Assembly: GCA_049968255.1 (NCBI GenBank)
Contig: JBMFRB010000003.1
Location: forward strand, 1 to 64,000
DNA from: Candidatus Sumerlaeaceae bacterium
Lineage (GTDB): Bacteria > Sumerlaeota > Sumerlaeia > Sumerlaeales > Sumerlaeaceae
Reading direction: 5' to 3'
Length of the DNA stretch: 64,000 nt
The translations under genes and the position numbers were made by a program. Shown here piece after piece: positions 1 through 9,320 of the stretch; the stretch's first letter is position 1; each line of letters begins with the position of its first letter. The notes beneath the pieces were generated by a model. It was not told the origin of the DNA, searched no databases, and saw nothing but the letters and a program-made list of their open reading frames with translations.

Positions 1-1422
1 GTATACTTTTTCTCCAAATCCCAAACCCATTGGGATGTCATCCCATAAATTGGTCACCGCTGTTACGGGGAAATCATCAACATATCTTTTGTAATTTAAC
101 GTGTTCCCCGAAACCATAAGCCGACCAACATTCCAAAGAACCTCCATGCCATGAACGCTTGTTTTCCAACCGCGATTTGCTGGAGTTGTAAAAACAGTGC
201 CGGCTAGCTCAATAGGTATTGAGGGATTACCTTGTGAAGTTGTATTACTTGGGGCAAAAACTCTTGCACCTGCTGGTACAGGAACCGCTCCTGTCCTCTC
301 CTCAGAAGTTATCTTACGTATAGTCCCATCCTGTAATTCAACGTGGCTGTAGGACGCAAGCTCGGAAACGTCCTTTGGTTTGTACAACTGCCGATACTTG
401 AGTTTGGATTTGTATCTTGCATACCAGACCAGAATATCGAATGTAGTTGGCAAATTAGTTTGAGCAAGACCAGAAGTTTTCACATAAGTGATTAGACAAA
501 CAAAATTCCCCGCCCCGAACACCTCATCCATCAGCTCCCGCACATGGTGGACGTTCTCGTCGCTGATCTGCACAAAGATGCTGCCGCTCTCGGTGAGGAG
601 TTCCCGCGCCAGCAGCAGCCGGTCGCGCAGGTAGGTGAGGTAGGAGTGGATGCCCAGCTCCCAGGTGTCGCGGAAGGCGCGGATCTGCTCCGGCTCGCTG
701 GTCAGGTCCTCGTCCTTGCCGTCCTTGACGTCGCGCTTGTTGACGAAGGGCTGGAAGTTGGAGCCGTACTTGATGCCGTAGGGCGGGTCGATGTAGATCA
801 TCTGCACCTTGCCCGCCATGCCCTCCTTCTCCAGCAGCGAGTTCATCACCAGCAGCGAGTCGCCGGCGATGAGGCGGTTCGACCAGCCGTGCTTGTGCTG
901 GTAGAACTCGATGGCGTCGCGCAGCGGTTCCTGGCGTTCGGCTTCGAAGAGGGGGAGCTCGAGCTGCTGGGAGATGTCGCCATTACGGCGGCGGACCGCT
1001 TCGAGGATCGTCTTGGGATCGACGCGCTCGTGGACGTGCAGGGAAACCGTGGGCACTTCGAACGTGGTGTGCTCGGCTTTGCCGGACCAATTGAGGTAGG
1101 GCGCCTGGGCCTTGAGCAGCTGGTGCAGGGCCTCCTTGGCCGCGTCGAGCGTCTCGGCTTGCAGGCCGCGCTGCAGGATGGCCTCGAACTCGTCGCGCTG
1201 GCGCGAGGGGTCAAAATGGAGCTCGGGGGAGAGATGCCAGTCGTAACGGTACTTGCGTTTGCGCGTGCCCGTGTCGGGATCGGTGGCGGGCGTGACGAGA
1301 CCCACGGGCGGATTATTGGTCCGCTCCTTGTCGCGATGCTCGTAGGCGTCGATTTGGCGCTTGGCTGTGCGCGTGTTGGTCGTGCGGGGCGTTGAACCGG
1401 TCGACCTGCTCCCCCGTGGCAT
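1..1422 (-). CDS. Type III restriction-modification Mod-like adenine DNA methyltransferase (5' part; runs off the window start)
   Basis: Not in the ORF track because it is open at the edge. Manual translation from ATG 1422 (AAGGAG RBS upstream) gives MPRGSRST...NRLIAGDSLLVMNSLLEKEGMAGKVQMIYIDPPYGIKYGSNFQPF...YLTYLRDRLLLARELLTESGSIFVQISDENVHHVRELMDEVFG. It has the DPPY catalytic motif and stays open to base 1. Confidence 0.92.
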   Translation of the reverse strand, partial: MPRGSRSTGSTPRTTNTRTAKRQIDAYEHRDKERTNNPPVGLVTPATDPDTGTRKRKYRYDWHLSPELHFDPSRQRDEFEAILQRGLQAETLDAAKEALHQLLKAQAPYLNWSGKAEHTTFEVPTVSLHVHERVDPKTILEAVRRRNGDISQQLELPLFEAERQEPLRDAIEFYQHKHGWSNRLIAGDSLLVMNSLLEKEGMAGKVQMIYIDPPYGIKYGSNFQPFVNKRDVKDGKDEDLTSEPEQIRAFRDTWELGIHSYLTYLRDRLLLARELLTESGSIFVQISDENVHHVRELMDEVFGAGNFVCLITYVKTSGLAQTNLPTTFDILVWYARYKSKLKYRQLYKPKDVSELASYSHVELQDGTIRKITSEERTGAVPVPAGARVFAPSNTTSQGNPSIPIELAGTVFTTPANRGWKTSVHGMEVLWNVGRLMVSGNTLNYKRYVDDFPVTAVTNLWDDIPMGLGFGEKVY

Positions 1423-2306
1423 AGTGGCAGCACACTCCTTTTCTGGCTTTTTGCGCCGGCGCGGGGTCGCCTTGGCGGCGGGCCGCGCGACGCAGCTTTG
1501 GGGTTTGCCCCCTTGATCGGGATGAATCTTCCCTGTGGGTTTGCCTGCCTTGGTCTTGAGATGCAAGGGAAATCTCGCGCGCGTTGACACAGCCGAATCG
1601 ACCGGCAGGCGCCCGCCACTCGCGAGCGCGATTTTGGACAAACCACACACGCGCTGCTGCTTGCACAAAGGCGTTTCCTGCCTGCCGGAGCGCTTGAAAC
1701 GCGCGGGGGGCGAAATTCTCGCACTCCCCATCAGGCGCCCGACAAAAAAACATCCCCGCGTCGGACGGTCGGCGTCCTTGCTTGCCGACGGTCTCGCGTG
1801 AGCAGCGCGAACCTTGTGCTTCGGCGTTCTCCGCTGCTGACATTCAGCGTCTCGGCAAGCCCGGACGGGCGCGCGCGACGGTGGGCTGCGGCGGGTATTT
1901 TCGAATGCAAGCCAGAAGGTTTCCCGAGCGCTGGGACTGACCGGACCGGCCTGCTGCGTCGCACTTTTGATGCGGGGGAGGGTTTCCGAGCACTGGGATT
2001 GACCTGCGGACAAAAAGATTGCGCCCTTTGTGTGCGGACAAAGCGAGAAGACCGGGGGCGTTTGTGCCGGCGCTCACATCCCGCGCCCTTCGTGCGCGGA
2101 GCGAGCCATCCCGCGCCCGCATAGGTACAGCGCCGAACGCCGCGCGGCCTTTGTGCGCAGGGGGAGCGATTTTTCCAACGGAGGACACAGCGGAATACCA
2201 CGAACCGGGAAGACCATGCCCCTAGTGCGAAAGGGGAGTAAAAGTGGGGAAGAGAACAAGCTTATGCGCCGTATTCCCCACGTAAGCAGGTGGGGGCTTC
2301 ATCCAT

Positions 2307-2354
2307 GAAGGACACGAAGGGCACGAAGGACACGACGCCCGTGCCCTTCGTGCC
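2307..2354. repeat. 9-bp tandem repeat (GAAGGRCAC x3) followed by an inverted copy
   Basis: GAAGGACAC-GAAGGGCAC-GAAGGACAC at 2307-2333. GTGCCCTTCGTG at 2341-2352 is the reverse complement of 2313-2324. Confidence 0.75.
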
Positions 2355-2475
2355 AAGGAAAAGTGCCGTCAACCCCGGTAGCGCGTCCACACGCTGAGCT
2401 GGGCCCCTTAGCCCAGCGGCGGCACTTCTGGCGCACGCCGCTAGCGCATCGACGCAGCGCCGGGTCTCGGCTGCC

Positions 2476-3765
2476 TCATTGGCTTTTTGGGTAGTTGTGG
2501 CGCGCACCGCCAAAAGGCTGGTGACGCTCTTGCCCTTTGTTTTGCGAGGGCTGCGACGCGGGATTGGCTCCCGGGCGGCTCGGCACTATCGGGAGTTTGA
2601 TCACCACCCGCTCAGCAGAGCGGTTCGCGGCGGCTGAGTGCAGCGCGTCGGCAACGACCTTTTTCAGCTCGCCCTGCGATAGCTTCTCGGCATTAACGAC
2701 AACAACCACCCAGTCGGGTGGGGCGCTCGTGGGGCGCGGCGAGGCGGTCCGGCCAGTAGCACTAGCTTTAGGCATCAGATGGTCCGGGATGCACGGCGTG
2801 CCAGGGTCGCTCTCAGGCATATCGGGCAGCGGAGTTGGGTCAAGAGGGAGGAGGCAATAGCAAAAGTCCCCATATTGCGTGCAATTCGCTTCGCAAGGTT
2901 GCTTGGCGGCTGGATTTCCCCCGCCGCTGCTGCCACTGGCCGGTATGGCGGAGAGCACAAGGACTCGGCGGCTGCTCTCCGAGGGCTTTGCCCGGAGGTG
3001 CTTCCCAATCCAGGAGGCGGCGCTGGCTTCTCTATCCCCAGTGGCCGACCGGGCGGCATCGGCCTTCGTGAGTTTCGCTCCGTTGGCCAGCGCATCGAGG
3101 GCGGAGGAAAGCTGCCCCGCCAGCTGCTTGGCCATTGGCTCGTCGCCCGGATCCCAGCACGCGATCACGCCGCGGATATCGCGCTCCTGCAGCCGGGCGG
3201 AGTCACCGGCCTCCGCCGAACGTTTGTGATCTTCGTGGGCGGACGTGTCGCGCCGGCTGGGTTCGTTGCTCGTTTGAGGTCTCCCGGGCATTTCCTGTTT
3301 TGCTTCCGGGTAATCCGGGAATGTCGGAGGAGGGGTGGGTCGCCCAATGGTTGGCTTGATCTTCCCGTGTAAGTCTTGTTTTGCTTCCGGATAATCCGGC
3401 GGAGTCGGGCGTGTGGGAGGACCGCCGGGAACCACGGTTGCCTTGACCATCCCAGCCGGATTCATTCCTCCGCCAGCAGGAGTGGGCGTGGGTTTTGGGT
3501 GGTCGACAATGGGGGTAGGGGTTGCAATTGCTTCCGCCGCGCGTCCCACCTGGCGTGCTGCGGCTTCGCCTGCTCCTCCCGAAACGACGACCTTCAAGGT
3601 TCCCGGCTCTGCGATACCGGAATGGATGTCCTTCGGACGATTTATGTTAGGCGATTGGGAATGAATCGGATGCTCTTGGCTATCTTGCTTTTCCGCAGGT
3701 TGAGCAAAAGCCAAGGTCGAAACAGCAAGAAACGCTGGGGCGATGGAACGCCATGTGATGCGCAT
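2476..3765 (-). CDS. Secreted Pro-rich hypothetical protein with a duplicated PDYPEAKQ motif and a Cys cluster
   Basis: GGAGG RBS before ATG 3765. Signal peptide MRITWRSIAPAFLAVSTLAFA-Q. PDYPEAKQ occurs twice, and there is a CEANCTQYGDFCYC cluster. Confidence 0.7.
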   Translation of the reverse strand: MRITWRSIAPAFLAVSTLAFAQPAEKQDSQEHPIHSQSPNINRPKDIHSGIAEPGTLKVVVSGGAGEAAARQVGRAAEAIATPTPIVDHPKPTPTPAGGGMNPAGMVKATVVPGGPPTRPTPPDYPEAKQDLHGKIKPTIGRPTPPPTFPDYPEAKQEMPGRPQTSNEPSRRDTSAHEDHKRSAEAGDSARLQERDIRGVIACWDPGDEPMAKQLAGQLSSALDALANGAKLTKADAARSATGDREASAASWIGKHLRAKPSESSRRVLVLSAIPASGSSGGGNPAAKQPCEANCTQYGDFCYCLLPLDPTPLPDMPESDPGTPCIPDHLMPKASATGRTASPRPTSAPPDWVVVVVNAEKLSQGELKKVVADALHSAAANRSAERVVIKLPIVPSRPGANPASQPSQNKGQERHQPFGGARHNYPKSQ

Positions 3766-4451
3766 AGGCTCTTCCTCCATGATATGAGTTGATTTGTTTA
3801 ACCCGATGACGGCGGGAAAGGACCTTGCATGGCCCAACTATTTCTGCCTCGTCGCGCCAAAGGCACGGGGGTAGTTCCTCCCGTATGCTCCATTTTCCGC
3901 CGAAAACAGCACTGGCAAATTTAGGACCAGATACGTCCTCTGACAACAGTTTGTCAATTTTCTTGTCATCGGGACGCGCTCTTGTGTCTTAGACTTGGAG
4001 CGTAGCGACTCCGATTTGGCTTGCTTTTTGCAGGGCTGGAAGTAGAATGCCAGGGAGCATTCCAGCAGAGGACGGGGCCACGGGTGGAGGCGCATGGCTC
4101 ATCCTCTCAGGCCACGATCACTCGTGGTGTGGTGGTAGCGAAACGCATACAATACAATACTGCTCACATGATAAGGAGCCAACGATGAAAAACGGCAGCG
4201 GTAGGCAACCCGGGTTGTTGGTCAAAGCGCAACGCCTCGGTGGGGGCGGAGCGCGGACATGCCATGATTTTGGACACGGCGACGGCGCGTCGCCGCCGGA
4301 GAGCGAACATTCCGTGTGGCCGCAGTGGACAGGCCGTGGCCCGGATGCCGCCACGCGTGGCCGCGCGGCGACGAAAAACGCTGCGTCCGCCGTCAGCGGC
4401 GCATTCGTTTGCTCCACATTTGCGCGGAATCATATTTCAGAAAGACTTCCC

Positions 4452-7061
4452 ATGCGCGAACCGGGGGCAGGTGCATCCCGCGGTTCTTTTCGCCCTGGGT
4501 GGCTGGTTCGGGTGGCGCTCGCGGCATGCTCGTTGTGGGTGGTGTTCGGCCTAACGGGATGCTTTGAGCGCGAGGGCTCAAACGTTGCTGTCAGTCCTAC
4601 CCCCAGCTTGCCCCCGCCGCCGCCTGCACCGCGAGGGCTCCAGGCATTTGCCGCTAGTCCGACGGAGGTGATCCTGGAATGGGAGCAACCAACCACGGGC
4701 GTGACGCGCCTATCACTCGAGCGCAAGGGCGGGGCCAACACCGATTTTGTGACGGTCATGGAGAAGCTGCCAGCCAACGAAATCGGCTATATCGACAACG
4801 TGCAGCCCGAAACGGCTTACACCTATCGACTTTTCGCGTGGGCGGGCGAAGTGCGTTCAAACGAGCCGGCTGGTCCCGTCACTGTGACGACGCCGCCTTA
4901 TCCGCCTGCGCCGCCTGCTTGGATCAAGGCAGAGGCACAAGGGCCGCGGCGCGTCGCCATCTCGTGGGGCGAGGCCCCGCGCGCAAAGAAGTTTACCCTG
5001 CTGCGCGCCGATGAGAAAACGGGCGAATTCCTCTCCATAGCCACGTTAGAAAACAAACAAATTTACACCGACGACGAGGTGGCGCCGGAGACGCGCTACT
5101 GGTACAAGGTGCGCGCTGCGAACGAAAATCCGGAAACAACGGAATCGAAAGTGGTGAGTGTGGTGACGCCACGCGAGGGAGCCGCAGCCTCGGCCCGAGA
5201 GGCAGCAGCCGAAGAAATTGCACCCACGCCGCGGCCGCGCCCCTTGGCCCAGCCCACGATCGTCGAGGCCGTGGTGGACGTGGACGGCGTGCTTTTGCGC
5301 TGGGAACAGGCCGCACGCAATGCCTCCTATGCCGTGATGCGGACCTACGATCTCGGGGTGCCGTTCGTGACCCTCGACGTCGTGGACGGCGTGACGAATT
5401 TCATCGATCGACGCGTGTCGCCGGGACGCTCGTACTATTACAAGATCCGTGCTTATGCCCCCGATGGGCGGACGGCTGAGAGCGAAATCGTGCGGGTGGA
5501 CCTCGATGTTCCCGGTTCAAGCCCTGTCGTGATTGGCGCGCCTCCGGAACTTCCGCCTCCGCCGGTCATCGGCGGCGTTGTCATCGACGTTTCTATCGCG
5601 CCGCTCGAGCCACCCCGTCGTCTCGAAGTGCGACAGCCGGCGCCCGATCGCGTGGAGCTGCGCTGGCACGGTGCCCAGGGGGCGGACCGCTTCTATATCC
5701 TGCGTAGTGAGCGCGGCAGCCGGTGGTTCGACATCATCGACCGCGTGGACGACCGCAAATCGTATGTGGATCGCGATATTCTACCCGACACGCAGTATTG
5801 GTACCGCGTGCGCGCCGCGAACCGCTGGGGGATGGTGGCCGACAGCGAAGTGGTGAGTATCCGTACCCAGGCTGCGCCAAGTGCAACACCCACACCTGCG
5901 CCGCCGGCAGCGCCACGCTCCGTGGAGGCACGCGCGCTGGGACCAACGGAGATCGAGTTGCGCTGGGGCGATGCGCCAGGCGCCACTGCGTTTGTCGTGC
6001 TGCGCGCTGAAGCCCGACAAGGAGAATACTACCCCATTGAACGTGTGCGCGACCGCTGGTCGTACGTGGATCGGGGCCTTCAGCCTAATAAAACTTATTG
6101 GTACAAAATCCGCGCAACGAATGACGGCCCCACCTACGCAGAGAGCTCGCCGGTGAGCGCGAAAACGCCTGCGGCCGCAACCCCGACGCCCTCGCCTACG
6201 GCGAGCCCATCACCGACAGCTGGCCCGTCGCCAAGCCCATCACCGACGGCAACACCGGTTCCGACGGTCTCGCCGTCGCCAAGCCCGTCGCCAACCGTCG
6301 AGCCGAGCCCAAGCCCCACGGCTACACCCGAACCGACACCAACGGCAACGCCGCGCCCCACGCCGCCGCGGCCCCCCCATCCGACCCCGACGGCTACGCC
6401 CGAGCCGGTTCCAACGGCGACACCACCCGAGCCCACAGTGACGCCGGAGCCGACGGCCACGCCCACGCGCACTCCGCGGCCGCGGCCGACTCGACCGCCG
6501 AGAATTGAAACTCCTTCACCGACGCTTGTTCCCGAGACGCCGGAACCAGTGCCACCCACCCCTGGGGCCACCGTGGAGGAAAAACCTGCCGAAAAGGCAG
6601 AACAAACCCCGCGGCGAGTGTTCCCCACGCGGGGGCCATTTCTCACGCCGCGGCCGGATCAGCGACGCCCACGAGTGCCTTGGGCAACGGCAACCCCCGT
6701 GCCTGGCAAAGGACTTCCGACGGTGCGCGAGCGGACGACGAGGGAGCAGCAGCCAAACGTTGAGACTGTGATCCCGAGTGGAGGAAAACATTCAGAGACG
6801 GAGGGCCGATCACGCGACCAGGTGATGGAGCAAACGCCGCAAGCGTTGCAACGCGATGAGCCGCGTTCCGATGCTGCAATGCCAGAGAGTCGGCGGCGCG
6901 AGGGGCGCCAACCTTCGGTCGATCGTGCGGCAACATTCCAGCGCATCCGCCAGCAGGTGCGTCCGATCCGGGCCACGTCCACCCCCGCCGGCCCCGCCGA
7001 AGCTGGCCAATCGGCTCCTGCCGCGCCGAGCGACGCGCCCCAAGCGCCCGCTCAACCATAA
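4452..7061 (+). CDS. Lipoprotein with five fibronectin type III domains and a long Pro/Thr/Ser linker
   Basis: Lipobox VVFGLTGC. Five repeats with W (LEW/ISW/LRW) and P-x-T/S-x-Y-x-Y-R/K motifs. PT/PS-rich tract at about 6170-6560. Start placed at ATG 4452; the ORF is open from 4047. Confidence 0.85.
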   Translation: MREPGAGASRGSFRPGWLVRVALAACSLWVVFGLTGCFEREGSNVAVSPTPSLPPPPPAPRGLQAFAASPTEVILEWEQPTTGVTRLSLERKGGANTDFVTVMEKLPANEIGYIDNVQPETAYTYRLFAWAGEVRSNEPAGPVTVTTPPYPPAPPAWIKAEAQGPRRVAISWGEAPRAKKFTLLRADEKTGEFLSIATLENKQIYTDDEVAPETRYWYKVRAANENPETTESKVVSVVTPREGAAASAREAAAEEIAPTPRPRPLAQPTIVEAVVDVDGVLLRWEQAARNASYAVMRTYDLGVPFVTLDVVDGVTNFIDRRVSPGRSYYYKIRAYAPDGRTAESEIVRVDLDVPGSSPVVIGAPPELPPPPVIGGVVIDVSIAPLEPPRRLEVRQPAPDRVELRWHGAQGADRFYILRSERGSRWFDIIDRVDDRKSYVDRDILPDTQYWYRVRAANRWGMVADSEVVSIRTQAAPSATPTPAPPAAPRSVEARALGPTEIELRWGDAPGATAFVVLRAEARQGEYYPIERVRDRWSYVDRGLQPNKTYWYKIRATNDGPTYAESSPVSAKTPAAATPTPSPTASPSPTAGPSPSPSPTATPVPTVSPSPSPSPTVEPSPSPTATPEPTPTATPRPTPPRPPHPTPTATPEPVPTATPPEPTVTPEPTATPTRTPRPRPTRPPRIETPSPTLVPETPEPVPPTPGATVEEKPAEKAEQTPRRVFPTRGPFLTPRPDQRRPRVPWATATPVPGKGLPTVRERTTREQQPNVETVIPSGGKHSETEGRSRDQVMEQTPQALQRDEPRSDAAMPESRRREGRQPSVDRAATFQRIRQQVRPIRATSTPAGPAEAGQSAPAAPSDAPQAPAQP

Positions 7062-7387
7062 AGCGCAGCAGCGGTCGGCCGCGTGCTCCTGGAGCGCTGG
7101 CCTGCCGACTTGATTGCTTGAACAGCTTTGGTGTGGGGATGTCTGTGCATGATGGACATGCCATTTGCGGCGGGAGCGCTGGTGTGGCCGCCCAGAGTTT
7201 TCCCATCGGCGGACAACGCACTCGGGCCCTCTGGTCAGGGCATGGCAGCAGCTCGGCTGCGCGGATCTTTTTCTCCGGGGAGATGACTGCGAGCGGGTCT
7301 GCAGCCGTCCGTTTGAGGGAGGCCCCGAAGGCTTCGTACGCCTCAAGTGTGGCCACAAGGCGGCCCGATCTGTTTGGCCGACCCTCG

Positions 7388-9262
7388 TTAGTTTTCCGCG
7401 GAGTGGAGTCCGCCTGCACCGGCGAGGAATCGGATGTTGCCGTACTCCGGGTTTTCTGGGTCGGGCTGAGAGCAGTTCCAGGCGCAGGCGCCGCAGTGCA
7501 GACATTTCTCGCGATCGAATATGGGTGCGCCACCGTCCTCGCCCGGCATAATGGCCTGACCGGAGCACATTTCCACGCAGACTTTTGTGCGGCAGCTTTC
7601 GCACAATTGACGACGCAGGAAAACGACGTGGTCACGATAGCCAGGCGGTGCCTGCACCTTGCCACCGATGAGCAGGGCATCCTGATGGGACACGAGCAGC
7701 TTGCCGTCGTAGGGGATCGGTGGCCAACCTAATTTTTCCATAAGGGCGTCGTGGATGGGCAGGGCCTTAGCCTCACATTCTTTGCGCAGCGCCTCGATGT
7801 CCGCTGGGGTAAGTTTATGGCGGTAGAATTCTTCGAGTGAGGGCAGGCGCGTCGCAGGCGGCTTGTGGCGTCCCGGCACATGCAGCAGGCCTTTGGTGAA
7901 GCCCGCGAGGGCCATGCCGATGAGCCCGGCCACGACGCCTCGGGTAAAGCCGTCGCGGCTTTTTTCGGCTACGCGTCCCTCAGCGTCGACCCAGCTAGCG
8001 CGGCGTCGCTTCACGTAGGCCCGTTCGAGATTCTCCTGCGTGAAAGGCTCGCCGGCGCGCAAAAGCTCGATCACCGCCTCAGCCAGTTGGGTGCCCGTGG
8101 CCCAAGCTTCGTCCACACCGCTGCCCGTGAGGACGTTTGTGCTGCCCGAGCCCTCACCGATGCGCGCGTAGCCATCGCCCACCAGCCACGGTTCGCCCCG
8201 TCGGCCGCTTTCGAAAAGCGTCTTTGCGCCAAAGCTGCGCAAGCGGCCGCCATCGAAATGCTTCCACAAAGCCGGGTGCATCATCCAATATTGCAGGTAG
8301 CGATAGGCGGTTCGGGCGGGATGGTCGAACCACGACGGGACGAAGATGCCAGCCGAAGCAACACGCTCTTTGTAAACGTAGAGGAATCCAAAAATCTCCG
8401 GTTCGGGGAATCCGAAGGTGTGGATGACAGTGCCAGGCTCAAGAGTGCACGACTCTGGGAGGTCCACGACCACTTTCATACCGAGGGCCCACTCGGTACG
8501 CGAGTGGCCTTCCGGCAGACCGAAATGATCGTCGAGCGCACGTCCTATTGGTCCCACCGGTCCATCGCCCACGACAGTCAGTCTTGCGCGGATTTCCATC
8601 CCCGGCATATAGTTGGCGTCGGGATTTCCTGCTTTGTCCGTCCCTTGATCCACTAGCACGACGCCCTGCACCCGGTTCTGCTCGATGAGAGGTTTGTCCA
8701 CCGGTGTGGCAGGCCAGATTTGCACCGCGCCGTTGGCCATCACTTGCGAGCCTACCCATTGGTTGAATTGCCCGATGGCAAGAAGGAGTCCGTCATGCTT
8801 GCGTAAAAAAGGGGGGATCCATGGCAAGCGCAGCGCGTGATCTGCGTAAGGAAGCACTTTGGCCATGCTTCGAATCACGGCATCCGCCGCGCGTAGAAGA
8901 GGCGAGCGGCGGCTTGCGCCCCAGGGATCGAGAAGATAGAGCAGATGTTCTTTGCTCACCGGCGTGGCAAAAGGGATCTCGGCCGTCAGGTCGCGATCAG
9001 GGAAGGAGTGCCGGATGGCACGGGCACGCGTGACCACGCCAGAGACGCCGAACCCAATGTCGTCGGCGCGCTCATAGCAAATCACCTGGAGCGGCATGCC
9101 AGGCGCCGCGTTGCTTTCCAGCTGAGGGATACCGCTTTCATCCACGAGTTCGCGGCTAAGCGTCGTAAGGAAGCCGCCCATGGCGGGGCCAAAACCCACG
9201 CAGACAATATCCACGTCCATACGCATGCGCTCAGGCTGCGCCGCCGAAATCTGGTCGTTCAT
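7388..9262 (-). CDS. ETF:quinone oxidoreductase-like flavoprotein with a C-terminal ferredoxin (FixC-FixX-like fusion)
   Basis: N-terminal DIVCVGFGPA FAD motif and GDGYARIGEG. C-terminal CESCRTKVCVEMC and DREKCLHCGAC Fe-S motifs. Confidence 0.85.
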   Translation of the reverse strand: MNDQISAAQPERMRMDVDIVCVGFGPAMGGFLTTLSRELVDESGIPQLESNAAPGMPLQVICYERADDIGFGVSGVVTRARAIRHSFPDRDLTAEIPFATPVSKEHLLYLLDPWGASRRSPLLRAADAVIRSMAKVLPYADHALRLPWIPPFLRKHDGLLLAIGQFNQWVGSQVMANGAVQIWPATPVDKPLIEQNRVQGVVLVDQGTDKAGNPDANYMPGMEIRARLTVVGDGPVGPIGRALDDHFGLPEGHSRTEWALGMKVVVDLPESCTLEPGTVIHTFGFPEPEIFGFLYVYKERVASAGIFVPSWFDHPARTAYRYLQYWMMHPALWKHFDGGRLRSFGAKTLFESGRRGEPWLVGDGYARIGEGSGSTNVLTGSGVDEAWATGTQLAEAVIELLRAGEPFTQENLERAYVKRRRASWVDAEGRVAEKSRDGFTRGVVAGLIGMALAGFTKGLLHVPGRHKPPATRLPSLEEFYRHKLTPADIEALRKECEAKALPIHDALMEKLGWPPIPYDGKLLVSHQDALLIGGKVQAPPGYRDHVVFLRRQLCESCRTKVCVEMCSGQAIMPGEDGGAPIFDREKCLHCGACAWNCSQPDPENPEYGNIRFLAGAGGLHSAEN

Positions 9263-9320
9263 TGAATCTCTCCGTGCAGGTGATGCGCAATCACTACGTT
9301 GCCCGAGTTGCCCGACCGCC

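Noticed and set aside
1490-1565. Possible c-di-GMP-I riboswitch on the minus strand (GGCAAACC twice) upstream of the methyltransferase
   Set aside because: It lacks the GNRA-capped P2 and the downstream P3/receptor arrangement. Only a short GGGG-CAAA-CCCC hairpin is evident. An Infernal scan would settle it.
544-1724. ORFs 544..1395(+) and 846..1724(-)
   Set aside because: These are antisense and alternate-frame shadows of the methyltransferase gene, which is the real CDS (1422 to <1, minus strand).
6170-6560. Repetitive DNA resembling an array
   Set aside because: It encodes the PT/PS linker. There are no fixed repeats with unique spacers, so it is not CRISPR.
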